DNA of 64,000 nucleotides from Catajapyx aquilonaris (Eukaryota): NCBI GenBank assembly GCA_000934665.2, contig KZ538366.1, positions 1 to 64,000 of the forward strand, read 5' to 3'. Shown piece by piece: positions 1 to 12,577 of this stretch (position 1 is its first letter; each line of letters starts with the position of its first letter). The notes under the pieces were generated by a model. It saw only the letters and a program-made list of their open reading frames with translations, ran no database searches and was not told where the DNA came from. The position numbers and the translations under genes were made by a program.

Positions 1-63
1 AGTCGCGGATACAGCTTACGACACTTCCATCTTCGGACCTGTTTAACGTACGATGTGTTTCAG

Positions 64-1372
64 AGTGTCGTCTGGAGCACTGCGAGATATGCTCGGGAAA
101 GAACGTGTGTGTGCGATGCTCCAGACCTTACGTGGAGCATCGCGGAAAGTGTGTCCCGCCATGTCCGGCCCTCAACCTAGTGGACGCCAATGTGACGGAC
201 GGGGACTGCGTCTCTCCTCCAGGCCACCACACCAGACGTCGCCACTACAAGCCTGGTACGTCAAATGGGGCCCCTATCTTGTATAACAATGATCTAAAGA
301 ATCGTGCGTGCGCAGGTGCGTGCCAGGTGAGCCAATGGTCTCCGTGGAGCTCGTGCAAGCCTCTCAGGAGGCCTGCATGTAGAGGCATCCAGACCAGGCA
401 GAGGGAGATACTGCTGGCGACATCTGGATCCGACGATGTCTGTCCTCCGACCAATCAGACGCGACCGTGCAGGCTCAGGCGACGCGCATGCGCAGGTAAG
501 GACTGGTATCCATACTCGCTCGACAGTTACTGTGTGACAAAGGTCCTACAGAAATTCAATGTATAGTTGTTAACTGCTGTCAAATTAACTTCAACTTTGG
601 TATCCTCTTAGCGCTATTATTACTATTCATAATTATCCATTTTAAAGTCCAGATAATATTAATTAAGATTTTATCACACTTTGTTTATTACCCTACCACT
701 CCACTTTTTTAAAGGGGTGAACGTAGAATTTTGGGGTTGGGCAAGTCTGCCGTCAGATGCGAGAGGACCGTAACTCAATATCCACTTCCCTTGCGGCGAG
801 AAAAGAAAGCAAGTGTTACCGAAAGCATCCAAGAGGTGGCGTTGGGGGAAGGGGGGGAAAAGGAACGGCATCCCAACTCCACCTGTTGGGTGCTTTTGGT
901 ACCACTGCTTTTTTTCTCGCCGCGAGGGGAAGTGGACATTGAGTTACGGTCTTCTCATATCTGACGGCAGAAGTGACGGAACGTGACACAAAATGTGGCG
1001 GGGCGTGACCATCCGTGACGAGGCGTGACGCAATTCGTGACGGTGCGTGACTTCTGTTTGTTTTTTTTTTTGTCCCCAGAAAACGAGAATGAGGTGATCG
1101 AGGCGGTGGAGCCGGTGGTAGATCCCTGCGAGAAGAAGAAGCAGCACGAGACGGACCTGATTCATCCGAAGCGTGTCAGGAACGATGATTCCTCCGGGAA
1201 GAAGAAGGTGGACAGGAGGAAGGAGAGGAAGAGGAGGAAGAGGAGGAGGCGGAAGGAGTGGAAGAGGAGGGAGAGACAAAGGATGAAGAAGATGAAGAAG
1301 GCCTGCAGAAGGGACAGGTTGAGGGAAAGGAGGAGAAGGAAGAACAGGTTCAACAGGGACGGACAACAATAG
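64..1372 (+). CDS. RSPO: R-spondin-like secreted Wnt potentiator, 3' part (furin-like repeat 2, TSP1, basic tail); 5' exons lie upstream of the window
   Basis: Exons 64-255, 316-495 and 1080-1372, joined by phase-1 GT-AG introns. CRLEHCEICSGKNVCVRCSRPYVEHRGKCVPPCP has R-spondin Fu2 cysteine spacing. CQVSQWSPWSSC...RGIQTRQREIL...CPPTNQTRPC is a TSP1 domain. The last exon is an extremely K/R-rich tail. AATAAA at 1872-1877. Confidence 0.88.
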
Positions 1373-1951
1373 AGAGTGTCACTGGTGACTATTACGCACA
1401 CGCAAACAGTTTGTTTTTATTGGTGTCTCTTTTACAGAACAGTGTCAATATTGGAGCTGTACAATTATTTTTTGAGTGGGAACCCTTTGACTCCTGGAAG
1501 ACCCTTGTGTATGTGTGTGCCCCAGCACAAAAAAAAAACAGACTCACGTTTTTAATTTTATTTTTTAGAGTGGACTATCTAACCGTTGCTATTACACATT
1601 TTCTTTCTCTTTCTCTCTTTCTTCTTCTTCTTCTTCTCTTCATCCTAACAATAACAACAGTATACGCTGTACAGGTTTTTGTTCGCAACAAAGACAAGCA
1701 ACTCTCTCTTTTACACACACACACACACACGTACACCCATTTTTTTGAACGTACACGCACACACTCGCTCTTTTTTATTATTATTATATTTCTCCTCATT
1801 GTTAATAGTGATTTTTGTTTTTATTAATTACAATCTATGCAGCTGTTTAAAAAAAAAGTAAAGGTAGCCATAATAAACCGAAAAGGAGGAACAGAAATCC
1901 TTTGGAAGGAATTGCTGGTTGTCTACCTACATAACGCGTGTCTAATAATAT

Positions 1952-1952
<1 letters not shown>

Positions 1953-2000
<48 letters not shown>
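1953..2000. repeat. (TAA)16 microsatellite between the convergent RSPO and VGAT 3' ends
   Basis: Directly visible. Confidence 0.95.
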
Positions 2001-2001
<1 letters not shown>

Positions 2002-2189
2002 CGACCATTATTATAATAACAATTCATACTAGACTATTAGACTCTCTTTTTTTTCTTCTTAAAACACGTGACGAACGCGTAGGAAACGCGTGTGTACGCG
2101 CGACCTGACGCGTCTTCGTCCAATTAAAACACGCCGACTTTGCATCAATCTCAAGGAAGCACGGAAATGTGTATTCTTGGTCTCGATAC

Positions 2190-3720
2190 TGGAAGACATT
2201 GATTCCTTGGCTTGTGTCCAGGAGCAAACTACACTTAAATCTTTTCTCTTTTTTTTGTTTGTTAAATATATTTACATCTAAAATTGGATTAACAATCACA
2301 CAGTCCATTGGAAGACTCGTAGAACACGACACAGGAAGAGGAGTTTTTACGACATGCGTGCAATTTATTTTTTGTGTGTGTGCGGATATAATGTTTTTTT
2401 TCTTTTAAATAATGACAACTGGGGTTAAATTACCACACCATGCATACTTGTAGGTTCATGTAGAATATATGCTACAATATAGGCAATTCTGGTATTGCAA
2501 TGTTACACTGTCCCGGCCTTTAATAGTCGCGATGGGTTCCTGGACTTTTTTTTTTTCAATTAATTATTATTTTATTGCAGTCGTTTTGCGGACTACATTT
2601 TTATAACCTAAGTGCACACTGAAAACAGCAAAAGCAGTTGTACTTTTTAAAAAGAAATTAAAAAAGTGCACACATTCTAAATCACACTTTACTTCCGGAC
2701 AGATGACAACCACTATGATGCTTATTTAGGTGTTATCCAGTTCAATATTAGATATGTACTACATGTGACCTAATATTTACGTCTGGACAACAGCTGAACA
2801 AGCAAGCAGTTTGATTCACCCTGTAGAATAATGGAAGTAAAATGATTTTTAGAATCTATATAGGCGTGTACTGTTCTAGACAAAAAGTTCGGAGGGAATC
2901 TGAACTTATTGTCCGGCAGAGTACTTATCACGGATACATGTAACAAAAAAACGTGTCTCATTCATACCCGTTTGGAAGACATGCTGTTGTACCGAAGTGT
3001 GTGTATATGTATTGAACTTATCGATTGGAAGACTATAGAGACCAAGCCGTGCGACCTGACAATTATTTTTTGAGAAATATCAGCTGGTTAAAATTAAACT
3101 GGCTGTTTTAATATGGACTAAAAGACTCTCCAGAAAAAGGCACGCACTCCGTTATGTTTAATTAGGGGTTAACTTTTCCGGTGAGAAAAAGGCAAGAATT
3201 TTTTTCTCTCTCTTTTAAATACATACGGGGAGGAAGACGTGACATTCGTACTGCAGTAACACCATTATTACAAGCAAGATTGGAAGACATTACTTCATGT
3301 ACAATGGTTATTTTTTTCCCTGCATTATGTGTATATATAATGGAAGACTCAGAGCTACATTTTTTTTCTCATTTCTTAAATTTTTTTTAAATGATCACAA
3401 TCAGCTTAACACACGCACGTGCCCAAGTGTGCCACACACACACTTTCACCCTGAATGTTAACTACAGATTTTTTTTCTTTTTATAATATATATATACTTT
3501 ACATAAAATACAATTGTTAGCCTACGAATATTCATCATCAATTAGTCTGTCCCATAACCAGACGCTTCACACATGATGGCGCTGTTCGAAAATATCTGCT
3601 TGTTAAATTATTAATTCAATTCCCCACTTACCTCAAATTGAGACTTGGTAATTATTCAAGGTTTGGATGGAAGACTTTCTTTTCGTTCATATTGGTTTCG
3701 CTTTGCTTTAAATGGAAGAC
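2190..3720 (-). promoter_or_regulatory. Cluster of miR-7 seed-match sites (GY-box GTCTTCC[A]) in the putative VGAT 3'UTR
   Basis: Plus-strand TGGAAGAC at 2190, 2309, 2973, 3026, 3281, 3341, 3668 and 3713, plus GGAAGAC at 3232. All are in one orientation with unrelated flanks. Mature miR-7 begins UGGAAGAC. Confidence 0.75.
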
Positions 3721-4091
3721 GTTGGATGTAAGAGGCGCCGTAGAAAGTGATGCTGACGGTACAGGGTGTTCCGACTGAGTTGGTCCATTTGGTACATCAG
3801 TAGCTCTTTTTTTTTAAATTTAACGTAGCTGTTTGGACTACGTATTTATATATTTAAAAAAGACCAACTGATGCTCAAATTAAGCGTCCAAAATGAGACA
3901 TTTCAGTCGAAACACTTGGTATACACACTATAGACTGCGACTTTTTTTTCCAACGGTTTGTGACGTGTCGCACTGCCCAGACGCATCGGTGACGCGGCCA
4001 TGTTGTATTCATGACGTCAGAGTCGGCCATATTGGTATGACGTCACCGTTCCCGCGCCTGCGCAGTGTGAAACGTCTAATTTTTGAGTTGT

Positions 4092-7000
4092 TTAAAAGGG
4101 CATTCCGATCTGGAAGGCAGTGATGAGAGCCCTTCCGGAGTAGTAGATTCCGATGGTGCCGAAGAGGCAACCGAGGAAGATGACGAAGCAGTCGTAGGCG
4201 ACGGTGAACCAATCGAGAGTGTGGCCTTTGAGCTTGAGGTGGAAGTAGCATGGCCAGATGAACGAAAGCATAGTTCCGGTGAAGCTTCCGATGAAGCCCA
4301 TCAGGATGGCGAAGTGAGGGATGGAGATGGCCATCAGGATGGTCACCACCACCACTCCGACCCGGAAGGCCAGGCCCCACACCTTCAGCTCCCCGTCCAG
4401 GGCCCAGATGGTCGGGAAAGGTGTCTCGGGTTTACCCTTGAAGAATGCCCTCTCCAAGAGGTCACAGGCCGCGTAGAAGGGCAGAGGGTACGACAGGAGG
4501 GCCTTCACCACCAGGATGAAGTTGACGAAGCCCTGCAACATTGGTGAAGGAAGAAAGTCATCCATCAGCACCCTATTCTTTATACGAGTGCAACCGAGTG
4601 CGCACCACAGTTCGCGCAGTCTGCACGGTTGGCATTGACTAGTTCCTCGTTCCACCCACCAGATGCGCTGCTTCTCCCCATTGCGCAGGAGCAGAACAAG
4701 GGGAGAACAAAATGGCAGACGTTTGCGACGTTGCCAACAGACCCTGGGGAGTATACCTCTAGCAACGTTGTTGTCACAACAGTGGAGCTGCGCGAAGGTG
4801 GGTGCGCAGTAGGTTGCGCGCGTGTATATAATTATTAGGAATGTCCGAGGGATACTTTAACTGACCTTAAAGCCTTGTGAGGGCAGGTTGTTGGTGATGA
4901 CCTCCTGCGTGCTTTCCTGCCACGTGAGGAACCCGACGTATCCGAAGATAGACTTGAAGGCGGCGGCTGCCACGTGGCTCCAGTTGAGCATGCAATGGAA
5001 GCGACTCCTTTCCTTCATGCTGCCTTCCAGGGTCGGGAGGAAGATCTGGGACGTGTAGCTGAAGACGATGATCCCCAGGGAGATTGGGAAGGTGAAGATG
5101 TCCAGGGTGAACCGGACCTTGGCCCAGCCCCAGTTGCCTATGCAGGCCAGGCAGTAGCCCAGGATGATGACGTTGACGGCCACGTGAGCCATCGTGCACC
5201 AGAAGCTCAGGAGGGACACGCTGTGGAGGTTCTTGAGGAACCCACAGGGCAGAAGGATCATCCCGCAGAGCATCATCCAAGACCTGGCGTCCACCGCTCC
5301 TTCTGGGAAGCTTCCGATCATCAGGTCACCGCACAGGACCAGGTACAGGATGCAGGTCATCAGCAGCTCGATGATCTGCGCCGTGTTGACGATCTTCCCT
5401 CCCCACCTGGCTCCGAAGCAGTCCTTGGCTATGGTCACGTACGAGTCTCGGACGCGGTGCAGCTGACCGTTCTCGTCCTCCTCGTACAGGCAGTCCACCA
5501 GGATCTTGCCAGTGTAGCAGCAGATGTAAGCCACGCCGATCATGGCCGCTATCGCCCAGTAACCTCCATGGAGTACGGCGTACGGCAGGGACACGATGAA
5601 CATGCCCTGCATGGGATTAAGTCATTGGTCCAACTTTGTCACGTAAACATCAAGCTCGTTTGATTGGAAGCAACTCTGGACTTATAAATCAAATAGTGGG
5701 CCGGTTCCGGAACTGGTGCAGTTTCCTATATGTATAGCCTAAATGCGACCCTTGTTTTGACCGAATTACTTGCTCATGTTTTCCAATATCAGTCAGTACA
5801 CTTCGAATGTATCAGAACAGGAAAAAACCGCAAAATGGCATAATTGGACGGTGTTATGCAATAAGGAGTCAACCCTCAGTCAAAATTGTAGCTGAAGTAC
5901 TTCATTCAGTTAAAATCACGCTGGCGAAATTTGCATACTTCTGCCAAAAATGACCGAAAAGAACACTTGTATTAATTTCACAGGTATGACCTTTTTCTCA
6001 AAACTGTTCTCATGTGGGTTGACGCATTATTGCATAACACCGTCCAATTTTATTTTCACTTTTTTATCGTAAATGGTCATTGATTGCTGATTTTTATAGC
6101 GGCTTCCAGTTATTCGATAAAACTGGAATTTATGCAATTAAAATATGCAAAAAAATCGTAGCTTCCATTCTATTACACTAATTGCAAGGGTCGGTGCTGC
6201 AAATTTCATTGCTTTATTAACATCTCTATAGTGAACAATATGCAAATCTAAAAATCGGGCTGAATTCATCTGACAATGAGAGGTGTCTCTATAGGGACTA
6301 TTTAAAATGGAGAAAATTGCAAAAGTCGGACTAGATTAATTTTCGCAATACCGGAATAGATATGTCAAAAACTCACATCCACTGTTAAGAAATTGTGGCT
6401 GTCCAATTTTTTTAAAAATGTTCCCTTTGAAATGAATCATATTGCAGGTCCTCATAGTATTGGCCCCCCCTGCTGCGGAATGACTCATGAGAAAAGCCCA
6501 AGTGTTTTTTTCTCTCTCTCTGTATCAACTGCAGGCTCGTTTGAAACAAACAAATTTCGAATTGATCCTCAACTAAGTGAGATCCTTGCGTGACAGCCGA
6601 TCTGTCATGCTCTACGTTTAATATCGATCCACTACGACATCATATGCCCTACAGAAAAAAAAAGTTTGTAAAATCGTCCAATAAGCCAATGAAGAAAGTA
6701 TGACTTTATATTTTTTAAAAAAAAATGCAATTGACCTATGTAATAATTGTGACATTGTGACGTACCTGAATGGCATTGGTGACGTTCCATCCTGCCTGCC
6801 ACTCGTCGATCTTGTCCTTTCCACACCCGAACTCGTCGAATCCTCCTTCGCTGAGGTCAACACTGGTCAGGCGACCGTTGAGCTTGCTGGCTCCCCCTCC
6901 GGCCCCTCCTTCGCCGCCACCTTCTCCTGGCTCCAAATTGCTGAGCTCCGTGGCCCCTTGCCCGTCGACCCTGCCTCCGCCCCCGGGGCCGAACTTGGCG

Positions 7001-7116
7001 AAGTGAAGTCTCTCCTCGGCCCCTTCCAGACACGAGGCCGGGAACACATTTCGGACAGAGGTCCACGCCGAGCCCAGCATCTGCTTCACAGACGGGAAGG
7101 GCAGCCGGCCAGCCAT
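4092..7116 (-). CDS. VGAT: Vesicular GABA/inhibitory amino acid transporter (SLC32A1/unc-47), about 510 aa
   Basis: Exons 7116-6766, 5606-4866 and 4532-4092, joined by phase-0 GT-AG introns. The start lies in GCCATGG. Motifs EWQAGWNVTNAIQ|GMFIVSLPYAVLHGGYW, GIIVFSYTSQIFLPTLEG and KALLSYPLPFYAA. Confidence 0.96.
4581..4830. mobile_element. Non-autonomous TIR element (MITE family A) filling VGAT intron 2
   Basis: Imperfect inverted ends GCAACCGAGTGCGCACC..TTCGCGCAG and CTGCGCGAA..GGTGCGCAGTAGGTTGC. The same ends occur at 17165-17454, and a single end at about 8670-8697. Confidence 0.6.
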
Positions 7117-8376
7117 GGCTTAGGTCAAGTGGAGGTCAATAGGTCACTGAAGAGATGACGACCACCGAGGCGGGGCTGGCCACCAGTCGCAGGGTGAAGC
7201 CATTGTGCTGCTGCGGCTCCTGCCCGGGGGCGGCCCTTGGAGGGGGCGGAGGGCAGGAAGGGGCCGAAGGGGGGCCAGCAGCAAGAGCTGCTGCTGGCAT
7301 GCAAGATGGCGCCCAAGAGACGCCGTCGACGGACCTGGAGCGCTGTCGGCGCCCATCGGTCCTGGAGATACGACGCCTCCTAATACCACGCAACATTTAC
7401 TGTACTTGAAACAATCCCAGTTTGCAATTAACTGGCGTTGACCTCTGCATAACTAGCCTTTGGTACAATGGGACAGTGTACATATGAAAGCACTGGACAT
7501 CCGCAATTGGTACTAGTAACACCGTAACATATATTTCCTAGCCTGGTCCATCCCCCCAAAAATCAATGGGATGCAAGGAGCAGACTCACAGCATCCCTAC
7601 ACCCCTACNNNNNGGGGGGGGGGGGGGGGTATAGCAACCTACCCCCCCTACCCCCCACCAAAAAACCTTCAGAGAAATTCCCCCTCCCTCCCCCCTCTCC
7701 CACCAGCTCGATATTTAGCCAGAGGAAACGACATGAGGAGAATCCGCATCTACTACAAGTTCTTTGCACATGCTGTAATCGGGCCGAGAGGGTTAATAGC
7801 CACGTCATTTGAGGGAACGGAAGCAACAGGGTGCCACACGTTGTGGGACACGTACAAAATGTGGGATTCGTAATTCGGATACAACTATAAGTAGCGGACT
7901 CGGTGCCCAAATTTGGCAACACCGCTTGCCCATAGTACGATAGGCCACTACTAGTTGGCGCATGTGCACCGAAAGTAGTACTATACAAGCACGTTGGTGA
8001 TGAGTTTGGACAAAGCCCACCAGCCTCCCACCCTCTCTGACAGCTATGCCATCTAATTGTTGAACGAGGAATGCGAAAACTATGGTAACTACTAAGGCGA
8101 TGAGCCAACACGGACACACAGACAGACAGAATAAGGGGATTAGGTATACAGATTGCTGGGTTAAGTGTTGAAGTATGAAAATATATTACAAAATGGCAGA
8201 CTATAGGCAGTATAATGGCAGTATAGTAAAATATGCTCTTTAAGATGGAAAAATGTTCATTTTATATATTATGAGGGAGGGGCGATCAGGTAAATTGTCT
8301 TAACGATTTCTTTGAAAAAAAAAAAACTTTTAAGTGTCCCTCAGAGGAGGATCCAGTTGTCTACGATCGGTCCTCG

Positions 8377-10251
8377 TCATAAGGAGCATCCCATCTGCGA
8401 CGACGTGATTTCGCTGTCGTCGTCCTTTGGCACCTCCCTGGACACCCGACGGTGCCGTTTGTTGCTCTTCATCCTCTGGATGGCGAAGATGGCAATGGCG
8501 GCTGCCATCACCTGAATGGCGGACACGCACGAGGCTCCGGTCACCCAGCTGACCTTATGAACTGCGAACCAACCTTCCAGCTTCTTAGCACAACCCATCT
8601 GAAAAAGCATTGAAAACACTTTAGCATTGACTGGATTCTTCTACGAGCGAGCAGTGTTGGCAATAGAGCTGCGCGAGTGTGGGTGCGCACTCGGTTGTTG
8701 GACACACATCCTGGTGCGCATACACGTGCCGGTGCAGTCTGGTCACGAGCAACCTACTTGTAAGCATCGAACACGCATGGGTCTTGAAGCGTGCGTGGAT
8801 AAGTGCCGCTAAGTGCAGCAGTAACACGCCTCGCGCACGAGTAATTAGGACGTACCAACTATACAATATGTAGAGTCAGCGCGCAATTTTTGAGACCTTC
8901 TCTTTACCGGTTTCAGCTGCAGTTGTCCTTCCTCCGTCGGGTTGTAGCAACTGCTGTCCATCGGGTTGTTGTTGTACGCAAACTCCTTCGGGCCTTTGTA
9001 ACCGCAACAATGAAGCTGCGGGGAATACGAATGGCGATTGTTACTGCCCATTATTACGCCGTCCACACTGTTACTCACATGCATCTGAATCAAGTTCCGC
9101 GTCCCTTGATTGACTTCAAACCATCCACTCTTCAGCACATCCTGAAACTGCAACAAGAAAATGTTTCACCATTTTTTAAATCAGCTACGTGCAAAAAAAC
9201 ACTGACCGTAACGCTTGTTGCGGACATTGCAATGATGGTGCCCACTTCTCCCAGCAGGCACAGGAACAGCATGACCAAATACTGCAACCGAAACCAGACA
9301 CAAAAAATAGGTAATAAATAAAAAAGGGGGGGGTTCCGCTTCTTCCGGAGTGAAACCAAGCGCGGTCAAAATTGTGAGAGGTCACTTACCATCTTGATAA
9401 TGCAAGGGTTCTCTATGGTGCTTCCGACCCAGCCGGTGAGCCCGGTTAGGAACATGAAGAAGCCCCAAACCACCAGGAAGTACGTGAAGAACTGGAAGGG
9501 AATTACACGGAACAATTCAGGCGAATCATATATGGTACAGGATGGATCAAAAATGAGGTGTCCAAACCGATTGTGTTACCAGAGTTCCGGATAAGAATCT
9601 GGCCGAGACAGACGATGTTGAGAGTACCCAGGCAACATATCCCACCAGAGCTGAACCCAGTGCCTGGAACATGGAAAATGGGGTTATCTTCAGTGTCATC
9701 TTGAAGTGGCCGAAAAAAAAAACATCGGGCAGTGTTTCGTACCAATAGGTACCAGTACCCCCATTCGTTTCAGATAGGAAACGAAACTGGAGCATGTCGC
9801 CCTCCGATGGTTTTTAAACTCGAAAACACCCTTTTTTGGAGGGACGAACTTTTTTTATATTATGAACCACAAACTGTGTCCCGATTTTCGAGTTGGCCAC
9901 AACCTTGGAAATCCTGGAAATCATTGACCTACGATCGAAATCAGATCGAAGTTCCTTTATGGTCTGCCAAGCATTCTGTACATTTTCAGAGCTGTGTAAC
10001 GAGTTGCAAATGGGCATTGAGTTGAGTCCATGCAATACACTTCATTATAGACCATAGTAATTTACAGTGAAGTGTCTTACTAATAGAACTTGTCAACGCC
10101 TCATTTCAAATAATTCGACTAATTGCAATCAAAAATGTCAAAAAGTGGCAGGAGCTGCATTTTTGTTATCAGAATAAGTCTGTATGTTACTCACGAAGAT
10201 GATGATGGAGAGTATGATGAGGACGTATCGCAGCCATCCCATCGTGGCCAT
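8377..10251 (-). CDS. Tetraspanin (4-Cys large extracellular loop), about 238 aa
   Basis: Seven exons 10251-10195, 9663-9580, 9491-9390, 9281-9207, 9147-9079, 9015-8908 and 8598-8377, all joined by phase-0 GT-AG introns. Four hydrophobic segments; loop LIQMHLHCCGYKGP...PMDSSC...GCAKKL carries the CCG signature. Confidence 0.9.
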
Positions 10252-12577
10252 GGTGTCGTTGTTGCTTCTTCTCCGTCGACCATCCCAGCACATAAGGAAA
10301 GGCTCCAAAAATGTCAAGGAAACATGTGGATATTATGGAAAGAAAAGGGGGGGACACCACAAACGACCCAACTTTCCACCAACTGCTGATGTTTTTTTCT
10401 ACGCGTGTAAGCTCCACACTTTTGAGAGAAAGCTGCTTCCTTCTTCCCCCCCAAAAAGAAGAAAATGGTTATCTTGTTGCTCTGTCTGCGGCGGCGCAAC
10501 CACTGCCGACTGCTCTGCTAGACTCCCAAGAAGAAGCAAAGAAGAAGCCCTTTTCTCTCGTGACATCCGAGCAACCAACTAGAAACACACCTCCTTTTCC
10601 CCTCCTTCCAAACGAGGTCCTCAACGCCAATATTGCTTTCTGAACGTGGTTAGTTCAACAATGAATTCATATATAGTAATGTACAGTGCGCATTTCACCA
10701 GCAACTCGGTTCGTCTGCCACAATAATTACAACGGTGGGGGGGATCTGTAAAAATTAATTACAAAAAAAAAGTGGGAAAGCTGCTGGTATGTACTGGGGA
10801 AGGGAGATTCTTCGTTCGAGTGAAAAATGAAAGTGACGGAAAAAGTGTGTGCAAAAAAAAAGGTGCAATCAATAATCGCAATTTTTCTGTCAGGCTAATT
10901 CCGCATGGATGCTGCCCAAGTACAAGAAGAAGCAAATAGAAAAAAATTTGATTGCTCACTCCCCAATTCGCAATAATCAATATATTCGTAACATTTGTAC
11001 TGGAGACGTGAGCCACCCCGTAATTCCCCCCCAAAATAAAAGAGAGAAGGAGAAGGACATTTTTTTTTCTTTCCAAAATTTGTCACACTGTTGTCGTGTG
11101 AATGAACTCACACCGCGGCCTACAGCAGGAAGGGGGCTAAAAACCGCAACGGAATTGCGAAATAATGGGTGAACAAATAGTATGGGAATGGGCGCATATG
11201 AAGACAAAAATTTGGCCATATTCTTATTATATTATACAAAATACTTTGGGGGTTGGCCTGCTCCAATATTGGTTTGGAATTGGTTTATTAGCGCTTTCTT
11301 GGGTTTTGCGGTTAATTGGGTTTACCATCGGAATTTGTCGCACTCATCCGCAGAAAAATTTTTAATGTGATCTCGTGCAAAAATGTTTAGATGAAGAGGC
11401 ATACATTGGACATACTTTTCGTGAATAAATTATCTTGTATTACTGTACGGGTGATTGCTTCCCTTAGGTAGGTTGGTGCGCCATCTGTACTGAGTAATGT
11501 CACATACTCTTGATTCATCTTTAGTTTGGTTCACGCTTGTGCCATCTGTTGCTTGCAATTGCGGGGCAGAGAAGTTGTGTTTCTGACCTCATCAGCTCGA
11601 ATTTGGTGGCTATCTTTGAAGCTGACTACACAACAAACAATTTGATAAATAATTCTTTTAATTGATTAAGCCAGTTGTGAGAAAATAATTTTTTAAAAAG
11701 AGAGAAAAATATGCAGGAGTGAACACCAATCAAACACAATGTAGGTGGTCTAACTATTTTTTTTTATTTCAAGCTTAAAACTTTTAAGGCACAAATAAGT
11801 TGCTTCAGAGAGCTTCGATCGAATAAAATTAACTACTACAACATAGAGTAAGAACCGCAGTTATTTGATGTCAACATAACGCTGCAGGTTACAGTACATC
11901 AGCAACAATAGTCACATACATGTAAATATTAGCTGTGATGGAACTACTAATATTATACAAAAGGTTAGCTGAAAAAACAGGAATTATCTATTATTATCTA
12001 TCTAGTTTTAATGTTGCTTTGTTCACGTGCATTTAATCGGATAAACTGTCAGCTTTGATTAGCAGTCTGGTGGGTTATACGCTTTAATAATATTCTCGGA
12101 AGTAACAAAAAAAATATTATATGCTGCACCTGTACATCATGATGAGAGTTCGACTGATGCTGTACACTAAAGACATGTCCTCTGAAGATTTGGCAGTGGA
12201 TTTCTACACATTAACCCTTTCCGCATTCAATGGTGAATCATTAAAATATTTTGATGCAAGACAAAATACCAGCTGACATAAAAAAATAAGTGCAATCGCA
12301 CACATTATTTGATTGGTGTCGCCTTATAAATGCAATTCAAGTGAATAGTACGCTGTGAAAAGATGTCCGTGTGACAAATGATGACGTTATACATTCGAGA
12401 GAGAGAAAACCCCACTGGAAACATTCAGCTAATTTTTCTAAACCTACTTAATAAGCTTGATTTAAAATCACTTTTGAACACACAGGGAATACACTTTTTT
12501 AAAAAATCTTCTTCATTGAAACACAAAGGTAACAGCAATTGGTTTTTTTAAAAAAAGGTGATGACATTTGTCACGAT

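Noticed and set aside
2295..3399. K-box cores (TGTGAT) on the VGAT strand at 2295, 2681 and 3394
   Set aside because: Only 6-mers in AT-rich sequence; not clearly above chance.
2190..3720. miR-7 precursor genes on the plus strand
   Set aside because: Matches stop after 8-10 nt and no hairpin or full mature sequence is present. They fit target sites on the minus strand instead.
4083..5663. Long plus-strand ORFs opposite VGAT
   Set aside because: Antisense shadows of GC3-rich coding exons; the same applies to 54083-54823.
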